Of a stretch of DNA of 64,000 bases, positions 36,745 through 44,781 are shown piece after piece. The stretch is from an uncultured archaeon (lineage in GTDB: Archaea > Thermoproteota > Bathyarchaeia > TCS64). Below the pieces are notes generated by a model that saw only the letters and a program-made list of their open reading frames with translations, searched no databases and was not told the DNA's origin. The DNA lies in the NCBI GenBank assembly GCA_938048735.1, contig CALIUM010000002.1:21327-85326 (forward strand), in the 5' to 3' direction. The position numbers were made by a program, and so were the translations under genes. Position 1 is the stretch's first letter. Each line of letters begins with the position of its first letter.

Positions 36745-37550
36745 AGGTAGCCTTCCAGGGGGAGAGGGGAGCATACAGCGAGGAGGCCATCATCGGGCAC
36801 TTCGGAGAGGGGGTGGAGCCCATCCCCAAGCCAAGCCTCAGGGATGTCTTCAGATCCGTGGAGATGGGAGAGGTCGAGTATGGCTTGGTTCCAGCTGAGA
36901 ACACCCTTGAGGGGAGCATAACCCAGACCTACGACCTCCTCCTCGAGTCTGAGCTAAAGATCCGGGGGGAGACCATCCTCAGGATAGTCCACTGCCTCAT
37001 GGCCAACCCTGGGGTCTCGCTGAGAGATGTTAGAAGGGTATACTCCCACCCCCAAGCCCTGAGGCAGTGCAGCCACTTCATAGAGAGGAACAGCCTGGAG
37101 GAGGTCCCGATGTACGACACTGCGGGGAGCGCAAAGATGATAAAGGAGGCCAACCTCAGAGACGCGGCAGCCATAGCGAGCAGGAGGGCTGCAGAGATCT
37201 ACGGGCTGAACATCCTCTTTGAGGGGATAGAGTCAAACCCGGAGAACTACACAAGGTTCCTCATCATAGGCCACGAGGATCATCCACCAACAGGCAGAGA
37301 CAAGACCACCATAGCCTTCAAGATAGAGCATGCCCCGGGCACCCTATTCAAAGCTCTAAAGGGCTTCGCTGAGGGAGGGGTTAACCTGACGAAGATAGAG
37401 TCAAGGCCCATCCTGGGCAGGCCCTGGGAGTACACCTTCTACCTAGACCTCGAGGGTCACAGGGAGGACCAACCGGTGAAGCTTGCGCTCAAAGAACTTG
37501 AAAAGACATCCCTGTACATCAAGATCCTCGGATCATATCCCAGAGCGTAG
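36741..37550 (+). CDS. pheA: prephenate dehydratase with a C-terminal ACT domain
   Basis: Start at ATG 36741 (ATGA overlap with the chorismate mutase stop). MKVAFQGERGAYSEEA…VPAENTLEGSI…TRFLIIG…ESRP…. Confidence 0.9.
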   Translation: MKVAFQGERGAYSEEAIIGHFGEGVEPIPKPSLRDVFRSVEMGEVEYGLVPAENTLEGSITQTYDLLLESELKIRGETILRIVHCLMANPGVSLRDVRRVYSHPQALRQCSHFIERNSLEEVPMYDTAGSAKMIKEANLRDAAAIASRRAAEIYGLNILFEGIESNPENYTRFLIIGHEDHPPTGRDKTTIAFKIEHAPGTLFKALKGFAEGGVNLTKIESRPILGRPWEYTFYLDLEGHREDQPVKLALKELEKTSLYIKILGSYPRA

Positions 37551-37617
37551 AGAAAGATCCTCGCACCATATCCCAAACCGCGGTCGGAGGCCTCGAGGCC
37601 TAGCCAATCTCAGGAAG

Positions 37618-37625
37618 ATTTTAAT
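37618..37625 (+). promoter_or_regulatory. TATA-like box upstream of tRNA-Leu
   Basis: attttaat lies 25-32 nt upstream of 37650. Confidence 0.35.
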
Positions 37626-37649
37626 CCTCATAAGTATCTCTACCCTATG

Positions 37650-37767
37650 GCGGGGGTTCCCGAGGGGCCAAAGGGGGCAGGCTTAGGGGGATGTCCCATG
37701 AGTATTTGAGACATCCTAAGAGACCTGCTGGATGAGTCCTGCGTGGGTTCGAATCCCACCCCCCGCA
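37650..37767 (+). tRNA. tRNA-Leu (anticodon TAG) with a 35-nt intron at the canonical 37/38 position
   Basis: GCGGGGG/CCCCCGC acceptor, GCAGG-CTTAGG[intron 37688-37722]A-CCTGC anticodon arm, long variable arm (GGA-TGAG-TCC), GTGGG-TTCGAAT-CCCAC T arm. The intron contains CCTAAG, complementary to the anticodon loop. Confidence 0.85.
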
Positions 37768-37847
37768 CTAATTTACCAGTAAATAGTTGATTTTGCCTTA
37801 CTTTTGTTGGTGGTTGCCGGGAGGCCTGATAGAGGTAAGACATGTAG

Positions 37848-37982
37848 ATTAAAGACTGCGCCATCTATGTTTATTTGCCTTCTTTGGAGGTGGTTGAGGA
37901 TTGGAAGCGACGTGCCGAAGGGGCTGGAGTTTCGATTTCAAAATTTGTGGTGGAATTTATGGTGGAGCTGTCAACTCTTTAA
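37848..37982 (+). pseudogene. ribbon-helix-helix (CopG-like) ORF remnant without a canonical start codon
   Basis: Open frame IKDCAIYVYLPSLEVVEDWKRRAEGAGVSISKFVVEFMVELSTL* shows the RHH beta-strand/helix-helix pattern (v.LP.e..e....A...G.S.S.fv.e). There is no ATG/GTG/TTG at a sensible position. Confidence 0.3.
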
Positions 37983-38206
37983 AATCCTCTACACTATATT
38001 GCTGGCGTACCATATGGTCCTAGACTTGGCCCATACATAGTTGCTATGGGGGAGGCAAAACATGATAGATGCGTTGAAGCGGGCATTAAAGAGGGTTAAT
38101 TTAATGCCTAGAAAACTTGAGTAATTCATGTTAAGTTTCATTATTCCAAGGTGTTTGCTTCTGAAATGTTCCCAACAGACTCTTAACTCCTACGAGTTTT
38201 TAAAAT

Positions 38207-38611
38207 TTACTTTGCACTCTCCCTTACCTTATCCGATGGATCATTAATGTGTCTCCAGGTTCCTTTACTAAAACTTATAACTTGAATTCCCACCTGATCT
38301 ATTGTTATATCCGTTATTAATGGCTCTTCAAGTTTAGGATGAATAACTAAATGAGCCTTAATTTTTGATAACTCTTCCACTCCATCCATCAATGTTAGTT
38401 CTAGGGAATCTCTTACCAAATACACTTTACGTGTAGCATCGGCTATCGATGCTTCAGCAACCTCGCCACTTTCATATCCTAATTCACGAGCAATATTCTC
38501 ATCCACAACTAATACTGGTTCGGGGCTGTGTGCGCCGCCATTAGCAAGAACCACGAGCTCCTTTGCAATATCCTTCTCCGATCTCACTTTCAACCTAACA
38601 TGTACAACCAC
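38207..38611 (-). CDS. hypothetical protein, possibly a retropepsin-like fold lacking the catalytic Asp
   Basis: 134 aa with a GTG start. …KELVVLANGGAHSPEPVLVVDENIARELGY…EEPLITDITIDQVGIQVI… parallels archaeal clan-AA aspartyl-protease-like proteins, but NGGA replaces D(T/S)GA. Confidence 0.3.
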   Translation of the reverse strand: MVVHVRLKVRSEKDIAKELVVLANGGAHSPEPVLVVDENIARELGYESGEVAEASIADATRKVYLVRDSLELTLMDGVEELSKIKAHLVIHPKLEEPLITDITIDQVGIQVISFSKGTWRHINDPSDKVRESAK

Positions 38612-38613
38612 TA

Positions 38614-38718
38614 TCAGTCACCTAAAGACTTCAGAATCCATCTACCGATGGTAACATAGGACTTCCTTTTGCCAACCTTGAGAATCCATCTACCATATTT
38701 AAGCTGAAAAGCAGCCAT
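38614..38718 (-). CDS. 34-aa mini-ORF with an internal GRWILK duplication, immediately upstream of 38207-38611
   Basis: MAAFQLKYGRWILKVGKRKSYVTIGRWILKSLGD*. Its stop lies 2 nt before the downstream GTG start. It contains the two 14-nt direct repeats. Confidence 0.3.
   Translation of the reverse strand: MAAFQLKYGRWILKVGKRKSYVTIGRWILKSLGD
38633..38694. repeat. two perfect 14-nt direct repeats AGAATCCATCTACC (38633-38646 and 38681-38694)
   Basis: Read directly from the sequence. Start-to-start spacing is 48 bp. Confidence 0.9.
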
Positions 38719-38887
38719 TAAAGCACCAATTAAGATTATCAACAACCCTTTTATAAACCTTCAGTCCACACCTAACTCATTATAAAATTATTCCTCATGC
38801 CAGTTTCTATTTAATGCTTAAAACGCAAATCCAACTACCTAATATCCCAGCTTTTTTAACCTATCTGGATGGGGAAGTAGAGGTGTA

Positions 38888-39407
38888 GTGAAATTATTGA
38901 AGAGAAGATTATATTATAAGTTCAGGAGGAAATGGTATATCCCAATTTTCTTCCTTTTCCCCATGATCCCAGGAAGCTCTCTCTTGTTGGCAATCCTTAG
39001 TGGAGAAGCTTTACCTGAGATAACCGTTTTATCCAACCCTCTCCTAGCCGCGATCGGCTTTGTCTACATATTCTTTCTGGGAGGGCCATTCCAAGAAGAG
39101 TGGGGTTGGAGGGGGATACGCCCTAGACATTGCAGGCAAGATATAATTCTCTAGTCTCAAGCCTAGTGCTTGGATTTATATGGGGCGCTTGGCATCTACC
39201 ATTATTCTTCATATTCGGGATAATCCAATCCCAAACGCCTATCTGGGCTTCATGATCTTAATAATCTGCGGGGCAATCCTATTAACCTGGATATATAAGA
39301 ATACGGGTGGTAGCATTCTAGCCGTCGTGCTCTTCCACACCATGAACAATCTATCATTCTTCATATTTCCAACACTCGAGATCAAACTAGCGGCCTTTAT
39401 CTTCTAA
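38888..39407 (+). pseudogene. CPBP-family (CAAX-protease-like) intramembrane protease, multiply frameshifted
   Basis: The motifs are spread over four frames: …FQEEWGWRG | YALDIAGK | …SLVLGFIWGAWHLPLFF… | …AVVLFHTMNNLSFF… (EExxxR, WH, H..NN). Confidence 0.7.
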
Positions 39408-39610
39408 TTCTAAATATTGCCGTCGCCTCAACTATAACAATTGTATGGGACGATGTTCACCCTAACCAAAAGGTTTCGTAGCGAATCACTCCAAATCTAG
39501 CCCCCAATTTTTTATTGTAGTAAAGCCTTTCCTGGAGCGGCATTCTTAACTCCGAGCGGCGAACTGTTTTATAGAAGTGAGAACTCGATTTTAATGGTGT
39601 TAATTATTGG

Positions 39611-40174
39611 CTAGAACAATTTCTTCCTAATTTCTAATTCAATGGTTTTGATTGACTTGTTTGCATCTATAATTATCCATTTATCTATCAAAGCTAGATA
39701 GAGAGCTTTCAATCTGACCTTTCTCAGTTCTTCAAGGCTTTCGAACATCTCCAGTCTTCTCCGAGTCTTTATTATCCTTCTATAAGCCTCTTCTGGTTTC
39801 ACATCGAGGAAGAACATGAACTCCGGTGTTGGCACTGTGATGGTGAAGAAATGGTAGGCTAATCTATGTAGGGGCGCTGGCAGATAGGCAGCCCCCATCA
39901 AATATCTAACGAAAATTATGTAATCGTATCTTCGCCATGAAAAAAGCAGGATCGATCGTATAACATCAAGCAGGTAGAAGAGGGCGGCTGCAAAATGGGC
40001 CCTTCTTCCCCTGGCATAAAGGAAACGCCTCGCATTTGAGCCGAAGGGGTTGTCGTTTGATGGGTGGATCCTTAGGAGGATGCTCTTTCCTCTTCTTTTA
40101 AGAAACCTGTATAGGATCAGCGCCTGGGTGCTCTTTCCTGAAGCATCCAGCCCATCTATCACGATGAATACCAT
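39611..40174 (-). CDS. thymidylate-kinase-like P-loop kinase (divergent)
   Basis: 187 aa. MVFIVIDGLDASGKSTQALILYRFLKRRG…FLDVKPEEAYRRI…. The layout is dTMP-kinase-like, but the DRY motif region is altered (VRY). Confidence 0.55.
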   Translation of the reverse strand: MVFIVIDGLDASGKSTQALILYRFLKRRGKSILLRIHPSNDNPFGSNARRFLYARGRRAHFAAALFYLLDVIRSILLFSWRRYDYIIFVRYLMGAAYLPAPLHRLAYHFFTITVPTPEFMFFLDVKPEEAYRRIIKTRRRLEMFESLEELRKVRLKALYLALIDKWIIIDANKSIKTIELEIRKKLF

Positions 40175-40177
40175 CTG

Positions 40178-40903
40178 CTAGAAGCCCCCGGTGAGACGAA
40201 GATAGATCAGCACGGTGGAGAGGGGGACCGTCAGGTTGTCAAACCCTGAGGGTGAAAAACCCTCTACAATAGATGCAACAAAGGCTGCAATAAGATAGAC
40301 AAGTGTTTGGTTAGTTATGGATAATGCTGTGTTAAACATTGAGAAATAGGCTGCACTTATCATTAGACTTGTAAAGGTTACAAGTAACATGGCTGCCGTT
40401 CCCTCAAGGCTTTTCCCTGATAGAATCCTGTACCCCCTCCTACCCCATCTCTCCCCGACAGCTGAGGCTGCAGCGTCTCCATAAGCCATCGGCAGGACCC
40501 CTACAGCCATCACATGTGGCCTGGAGGCGAAAAACAAGGCTAAAAGAGTGTAGGATATCGCGTAGAGGAAAAGCCCTAGATGATGGCCCTCCTCGGTTAT
40601 GTCCACAAGCTCCCTGAAGCGCCCCGCAACCCCTTTATATGGCGAGTAGGGCGAGGCCAGAAAAGTCAGGATTATGAAAGGAGCAGCCACAAAAAAAGGG
40701 AAGTTCAGTGGAAACCTGTTATAGGTGAAAAACGGAATTATGAAGGAGAGGTTACCAATCATCACATGCAAAAATTTACGGGAAAACCTCCTCGAAATTT
40801 TAAATTTGATCATTCTTCCAGAAACAAAAATTATAGCTGAAATATATGTGTAGCAAAGAAACATCAATGCTAAATTTAATTGCAATTCAGAGTTAATCAT
40901 CAA
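40178..40903 (-). CDS. CTP-transferase-1 family membrane protein (dolichol/phytol-kinase- or CdsA-like)
   Basis: 241 aa, multi-TM. …AYGDAAASAVGERWGRRGYRILSGKSLEGTAAM… matches the family signature. Its stop lies 3 nt from the kinase-like gene start. Confidence 0.6.
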   Translation of the reverse strand: MMINSELQLNLALMFLCYTYISAIIFVSGRMIKFKISRRFSRKFLHVMIGNLSFIIPFFTYNRFPLNFPFFVAAPFIILTFLASPYSPYKGVAGRFRELVDITEEGHHLGLFLYAISYTLLALFFASRPHVMAVGVLPMAYGDAAASAVGERWGRRGYRILSGKSLEGTAAMLLVTFTSLMISAAYFSMFNTALSITNQTLVYLIAAFVASIVEGFSPSGFDNLTVPLSTVLIYLRLTGGF

Positions 40904-41175
40904 TCATCCCACTCTGATCATCCATAACCTCTACCGCTGTTAGAGAGATTAAACAATAGAAAAATGAAGGTAAAACAATATTCTTTAAACTGATCTTTCA
41001 CAGTGCAATCTCCCCTATCAGCTTTAGACAAAAGCCTTTCAAGGATTAATAGTCTACTTTTAGCTTAAAGCTTCTAGGGGTTGAAGCGGTGAAATCCTAT
41101 TTTAAGGTTAGTGGGAAGGTGAGCCCAGAAAGGCTAAAATAGCTTGCTCGAGCGTTCGAGTTAGGGCGTTGTTCG

Positions 41176-41703
41176 ATGAACCTTTGGAGAGATGTTCCAT
41201 GCGGGGATAAACCACCGGAGATCCTCAACATGGTGGTTGAGGTTGTGAGCGGTTCGAGAGATAAATACGAGTATAATACCAATTGGGAGGTCTTTGTTCT
41301 GGATCGGATAATACCTTCATCTGTTGTCTTCCCCGTGGAGTACGGATTTGTTCCCCAGACCTGGTTCGACGACGAGGACCCCCTGGACATAATGGCCTTG
41401 AGCTATGAGCCCCTAGAGGTAGGATGCCTGGTGAAGGTTAGGGTCATAGGGGCGTTAATAATCGAGGATGAGAAGGGTGAAGACCCAAAGATACTCTCGG
41501 TTCTCGTAAACGATGCGAGATTTGAGGGATACAGAGACATCAGTGATGTCCATCCCCACAAGCTTAGGGAGATACAGGAGTTCTTCGAGACTTATAAGAG
41601 GCTCGAACCCTACAAGTGGGCTAGGTTCAAGGAGTGGAAAAAGGCTGAAGAGGCAATGAATATAGTTGATTACGCGATTAAAAGGTTCAGGGAGCTTAGC
41701 TGA
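41176..41703 (+). CDS. ppa: inorganic pyrophosphatase, family I
   Basis: 175 aa. …VVEVVSGSRDKYEYN…DRI…PVEYGFVPQTW.DDEDPLDIMAL…. Confidence 0.92.
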   Translation: MNLWRDVPCGDKPPEILNMVVEVVSGSRDKYEYNTNWEVFVLDRIIPSSVVFPVEYGFVPQTWFDDEDPLDIMALSYEPLEVGCLVKVRVIGALIIEDEKGEDPKILSVLVNDARFEGYRDISDVHPHKLREIQEFFETYKRLEPYKWARFKEWKKAEEAMNIVDYAIKRFRELS

Positions 41704-41915
41704 GTTCTCCTACATGAATTTCCTGAACCCGTTTTCAATCTAGGCTCCAATCTTCCACGGATAGAGTTTCCAAAAATCCCGTTTACCCCAGGAAAATTTA
41801 ATTTGGCATATTTAAATCAAGTTTATCTCCTCAATATTCCACAGGAATTGTGAACTTCAGATTCATTTTTTATAGAGTATTAAGTTGTAATGCAACGTTA
41901 TATGTTTCAATATTT

Positions 41916-42611
41916 TTAAGGGATAAAGGCTATTATGATCTGTAGTGCTATAGAGGCTGAGACTATGAGTTCAGGGAGGCCGAATGTTGCCTTCATCCTC
42001 ACCTTCCTCGATGCGAAACCCCTAAGCTCCGCACCTATTCCTGTCCAGACGGCCCTCTCATACCCAACGCTCAGGAGGGGCAGCATGATGGATCTCACAT
42101 CAGTCGGGGTTATGGGAAACCTTCTATAACCCCTCTCCAGCCTCGCCAGCTGAATCTCTCTATAGTCCCTCTGCATGAGTGGGAAAAGCCTCAGGGAGTA
42201 GGCTATGGAGAAGGCCAGCCCCTTGGGCAGCCTTAACTCCGCCTCCAGATGCCTTATGAGTTCCCTGGGGCTCGTGGAGGAGAAGAATATCAAAGCCGCC
42301 CCAGCTATTGCTAGGAGTCTCAGGCCTATCGTCAGGGTGGCGTTTAGGGCCCCCATCCTCACCTCTAAGGGACCCATATAGGCCACCGGGTCCCCGGTGT
42401 TGGCCACGATTAGGGCGTTCAAGAAGGTTCCCCAGATGGCTACGGCTAAGAGCAGAATGATCCACTTTGACCTCCTGAAACCAATGGAGAATCCCAAGAG
42501 GCCGTTGGGGAGCCCGATGGCTACGAGCTGCCTTGGCTCCCTGAATATGAAGGCTAGGGCTGTGATGGCTAGGGAGTATAGGAATGTGGAGGTTGGGGTG
42601 GGCTTCCTCAA
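41916..42611 (-). CDS. ykoC: ECF transporter T component (CbiQ/EcfT; YkoC-like)
   Basis: Start taken at TTG 42611, overlapping the ATPase TGA (ATTGA). The tracked ORF runs to 42668. Multi-TM, with the …ERAVWTGIGAELRGF… EcfT coupling motif region. Confidence 0.75.
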   Translation of the reverse strand: MRKPTPTSTFLYSLAITALAFIFREPRQLVAIGLPNGLLGFSIGFRRSKWIILLLAVAIWGTFLNALIVANTGDPVAYMGPLEVRMGALNATLTIGLRLLAIAGAALIFFSSTSPRELIRHLEAELRLPKGLAFSIAYSLRLFPLMQRDYREIQLARLERGYRRFPITPTDVRSIMLPLLSVGYERAVWTGIGAELRGFASRKVRMKATFGLPELIVSASIALQIIIAFIP

Positions 42612-44077
42612 TCCGGGACACCAGCCACATGCTCCAATATCTCTACGACCCTGTCTCTGTCCTCCCACCTCATCCTCCCATCCTCGATCATCAGTGCCCC
42701 ATCAGAGAGTTCCCCCACGACCCTCGCGTCGTGGGTGGCTATGAGGAGGGAGAGCCCCTTCTCCTTGAGCCTCTCTACGAGGCCTTTAAGGGTACAGAAC
42801 AGCCTGTAGTCGAGCCCGGCTGTCGGCTCGTCCAACAGCAGGACATCCGACCTGTAGCACCCTCCAATGGCGATGGATAACCACATCCTCTGGCCGAAGC
42901 TCAGCCTGTAGGGGCTCTGGCTTCTAAGCTCCTTGTACCAGGGGATCATCCCGGCGGCTTCCGCGAATCCCAGGCCCCCCTTTCTAGATGCTTCCTTTAC
43001 CTCTCCCTCGAGGGTTGAGGCGATGAATAGGTGGTCTGGCTGCTGTGGGATGTAGAATATAGCCCTAAGCAACTTACTTCTTTTCATCCTCAAGATATCT
43101 GAGCCCTTTACCCTTATAGAGCCGGATAGGGGCTTGACCGCCCCGATAAGGGTCTTCAGAAGGGTGGTCTTACCTGAGCCGTTTGGACCCACAAGGGCGA
43201 TCACCTCCCCCCTATTCACCTCGAAGGAGGCCCCCTTAATGAGCGGTCTATCTTCAATCTGGCCCACATCGAGGGAGTCCACCTCAAGGACGACTCCACT
43301 ATCTGGTCTCCCCTGGGGTTCCTTGACCTTCGGCCTCCTTGCGTCGATGCCCATAGAGGCCAGCCTCTCCAGTTCCTCATCCCGAAGAGCCATACCTGGG
43401 CCGTACTCGTCTTTAACGGTCCCCCCGTCGATCACCATCAGCCTGTCGGTCTCCCCTATGAAGTGCCTGGCCTTATGCTCGACAACTATCACGGAAGATC
43501 CCCCCCTCCTAGCCTCCTCCACAAGCCTCTTTACCTCCCTTATCCCCCAGGGGTCGAGGGAGGCCGTGGGCTCATCGAGTATTAGGAGCTTAGGCTCATG
43601 GACTATAGCTGATGCGAATGTTAGCCTCCTCTTCTCCCCGCTTGAGAGGTCTTCAACATGGAAATGAGCCTTGTCCAGGAGGCCAAACCTCCTCAGGGCT
43701 CCCTCCACAGCCTTTCCTATCTCATCGTCCCCATATCCCAAGTTCTCTAGGAGGAATGAGGCTTCATCCCATGGGGTTGGCATGGCGAGCTGCCTATCTG
43801 GATCCTGGAGAACCGCCCCCACCACCCTAGGCACACTCTTGAACCCCGAGAGGTCCAGGGGGTTAATCCCATAGATCTCCGAAGAGCCTTCAACTACGCC
43901 CTCAAGCAGGTTGGAGAGGACGCCGGTGAAAGCCAGGAGGAGCGTGGTCTTACCTGAGCCCGAGGGGCCCGCCACGAGGAGGAGGCCCCCCTCATCGATG
44001 CTGCTCGATACGCTTCTGAGGATACGCCTCCCAGGAGTGTAGCAGGCCTCCCCTATCTCAAACCTAACCCCACCCAT
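42608..44077 (-). CDS. ykoD: ECF transporter ATPase, duplicated (two ABC domains; YkoD-like)
   Basis: Two Walker A motifs (GPSGSGKTT, GPNGSGKTT), two signature/Walker B regions (LSSGEKRR…LILDEP; LSFGQRMW…LLLDEP). ATG 44077 with GGAGGAG upstream is preferred over the tracked GTG 44107. Confidence 0.9.
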   Translation of the reverse strand: MGGVRFEIGEACYTPGRRILRSVSSSIDEGGLLLVAGPSGSGKTTLLLAFTGVLSNLLEGVVEGSSEIYGINPLDLSGFKSVPRVVGAVLQDPDRQLAMPTPWDEASFLLENLGYGDDEIGKAVEGALRRFGLLDKAHFHVEDLSSGEKRRLTFASAIVHEPKLLILDEPTASLDPWGIREVKRLVEEARRGGSSVIVVEHKARHFIGETDRLMVIDGGTVKDEYGPGMALRDEELERLASMGIDARRPKVKEPQGRPDSGVVLEVDSLDVGQIEDRPLIKGASFEVNRGEVIALVGPNGSGKTTLLKTLIGAVKPLSGSIRVKGSDILRMKRSKLLRAIFYIPQQPDHLFIASTLEGEVKEASRKGGLGFAEAAGMIPWYKELRSQSPYRLSFGQRMWLSIAIGGCYRSDVLLLDEPTAGLDYRLFCTLKGLVERLKEKGLSLLIATHDARVVGELSDGALMIEDGRMRWEDRDRVVEILEHVAGVPD

Positions 44078-44220
44078 ATAGCTCCTCCACGCTCCTCTAT
44101 GGCCCACAGACAGGGAATAGGTATCGAGGAGAGAATATAATAGTCATGTAAATATCTTCTCGGGAAATATTGAGGAAAATGGGACAACCCTTATCTATGT
44201 TTATCAGCCTCTAGAACTGC

Positions 44221-44775
44221 TTGGTGGATCGATTGCAGGGGTCTCCGCGTGGAACTATCCAGAGGTATACGGCCATAGATTATGCGATGCTTGCCGTTGT
44301 GGCCGTGGTGGCTGCCATAATATTCTGGGCCACATGGTTCATCTACGACTTCGGGGTGGGGCTCGGCGGCCCCGTCTTCGCTAGGCTGGTATCATATGGT
44401 CTCTGGTTCATTGGAGCCCCATTGGCGGCTTCCCTGATAAGGAAGCCCCTTTCAGCCTTCCTGGGCGAGACGTTGGGGGCGCTGGTCGAGACCCTGGTGC
44501 CCACGGTTGGAGGCTTCACAAACCTCATCTATGGAACGGCCCAGGGCGCCGCCTCAGAGCTTGGATATCTGCTCCTCAGATATAGGAGGTGGGGTGTTGG
44601 GTCAGGAGCCCTGGCTGGTGCCCTAGCCGCCTTTCCATGCGTGGCCCTAGACTCGATCCTCTTCGGCGAGATAGCCACGGCTGAGGTGATGGCCCTCTGG
44701 CTCCTGGCAGCCATCCTCAGCGGAGCTATCTATGGGGCGCTGGCTGCGGGCGGCGCAGCCGCCATCAGGAGATGA
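44221..44775 (+). CDS. ykoE: ECF transporter S component, YkoE-like (HMP/thiamine precursor)
   Basis: 184 aa. …GPVFARLVSYGLWFIGAPLAASLIRKPLSAFLGETLGALVETL… parallels my recollection of B. subtilis YkoE (…GIWF…IRKPGAAL…ALVE…). Confidence 0.75.
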   Translation: MVDRLQGSPRGTIQRYTAIDYAMLAVVAVVAAIIFWATWFIYDFGVGLGGPVFARLVSYGLWFIGAPLAASLIRKPLSAFLGETLGALVETLVPTVGGFTNLIYGTAQGAASELGYLLLRYRRWGVGSGALAGALAAFPCVALDSILFGEIATAEVMALWLLAAILSGAIYGALAAGGAAAIRR

Positions 44776-44781
44776 GGTGGG

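Noticed and set aside
37588-37601. Perfect 14-bp palindrome AGGCCTCGAGGCCT between the pheA stop and tRNA-Leu
   Set aside because: It is real in the sequence and might act as a hairpin or protein site. However, it is short, has no loop and no following T-tract, and I cannot support a specific function. I note it but do not call it a terminator.
37483-37864. ORFs 37483-37686 (+) and 37640-37864 (-)
   Set aside because: Both overlap the intron-containing tRNA-Leu gene and have no protein-like features.
40905-40930. attR-type direct repeat of the tRNA-Leu 3' end closing the AT-rich island
   Set aside because: Only a 7-nt match (ATCCCAC) to the tRNA T-arm/acceptor region is present, which is well within chance expectation.
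44108-44220. TPP (THI-box) riboswitch between ykoD and ykoE
   Set aside because: The conserved CTGAGA and CCTGATCTGGATAATGCC-type elements were not found on either strand by eye. A covariance-model scan is still needed to exclude a divergent form.
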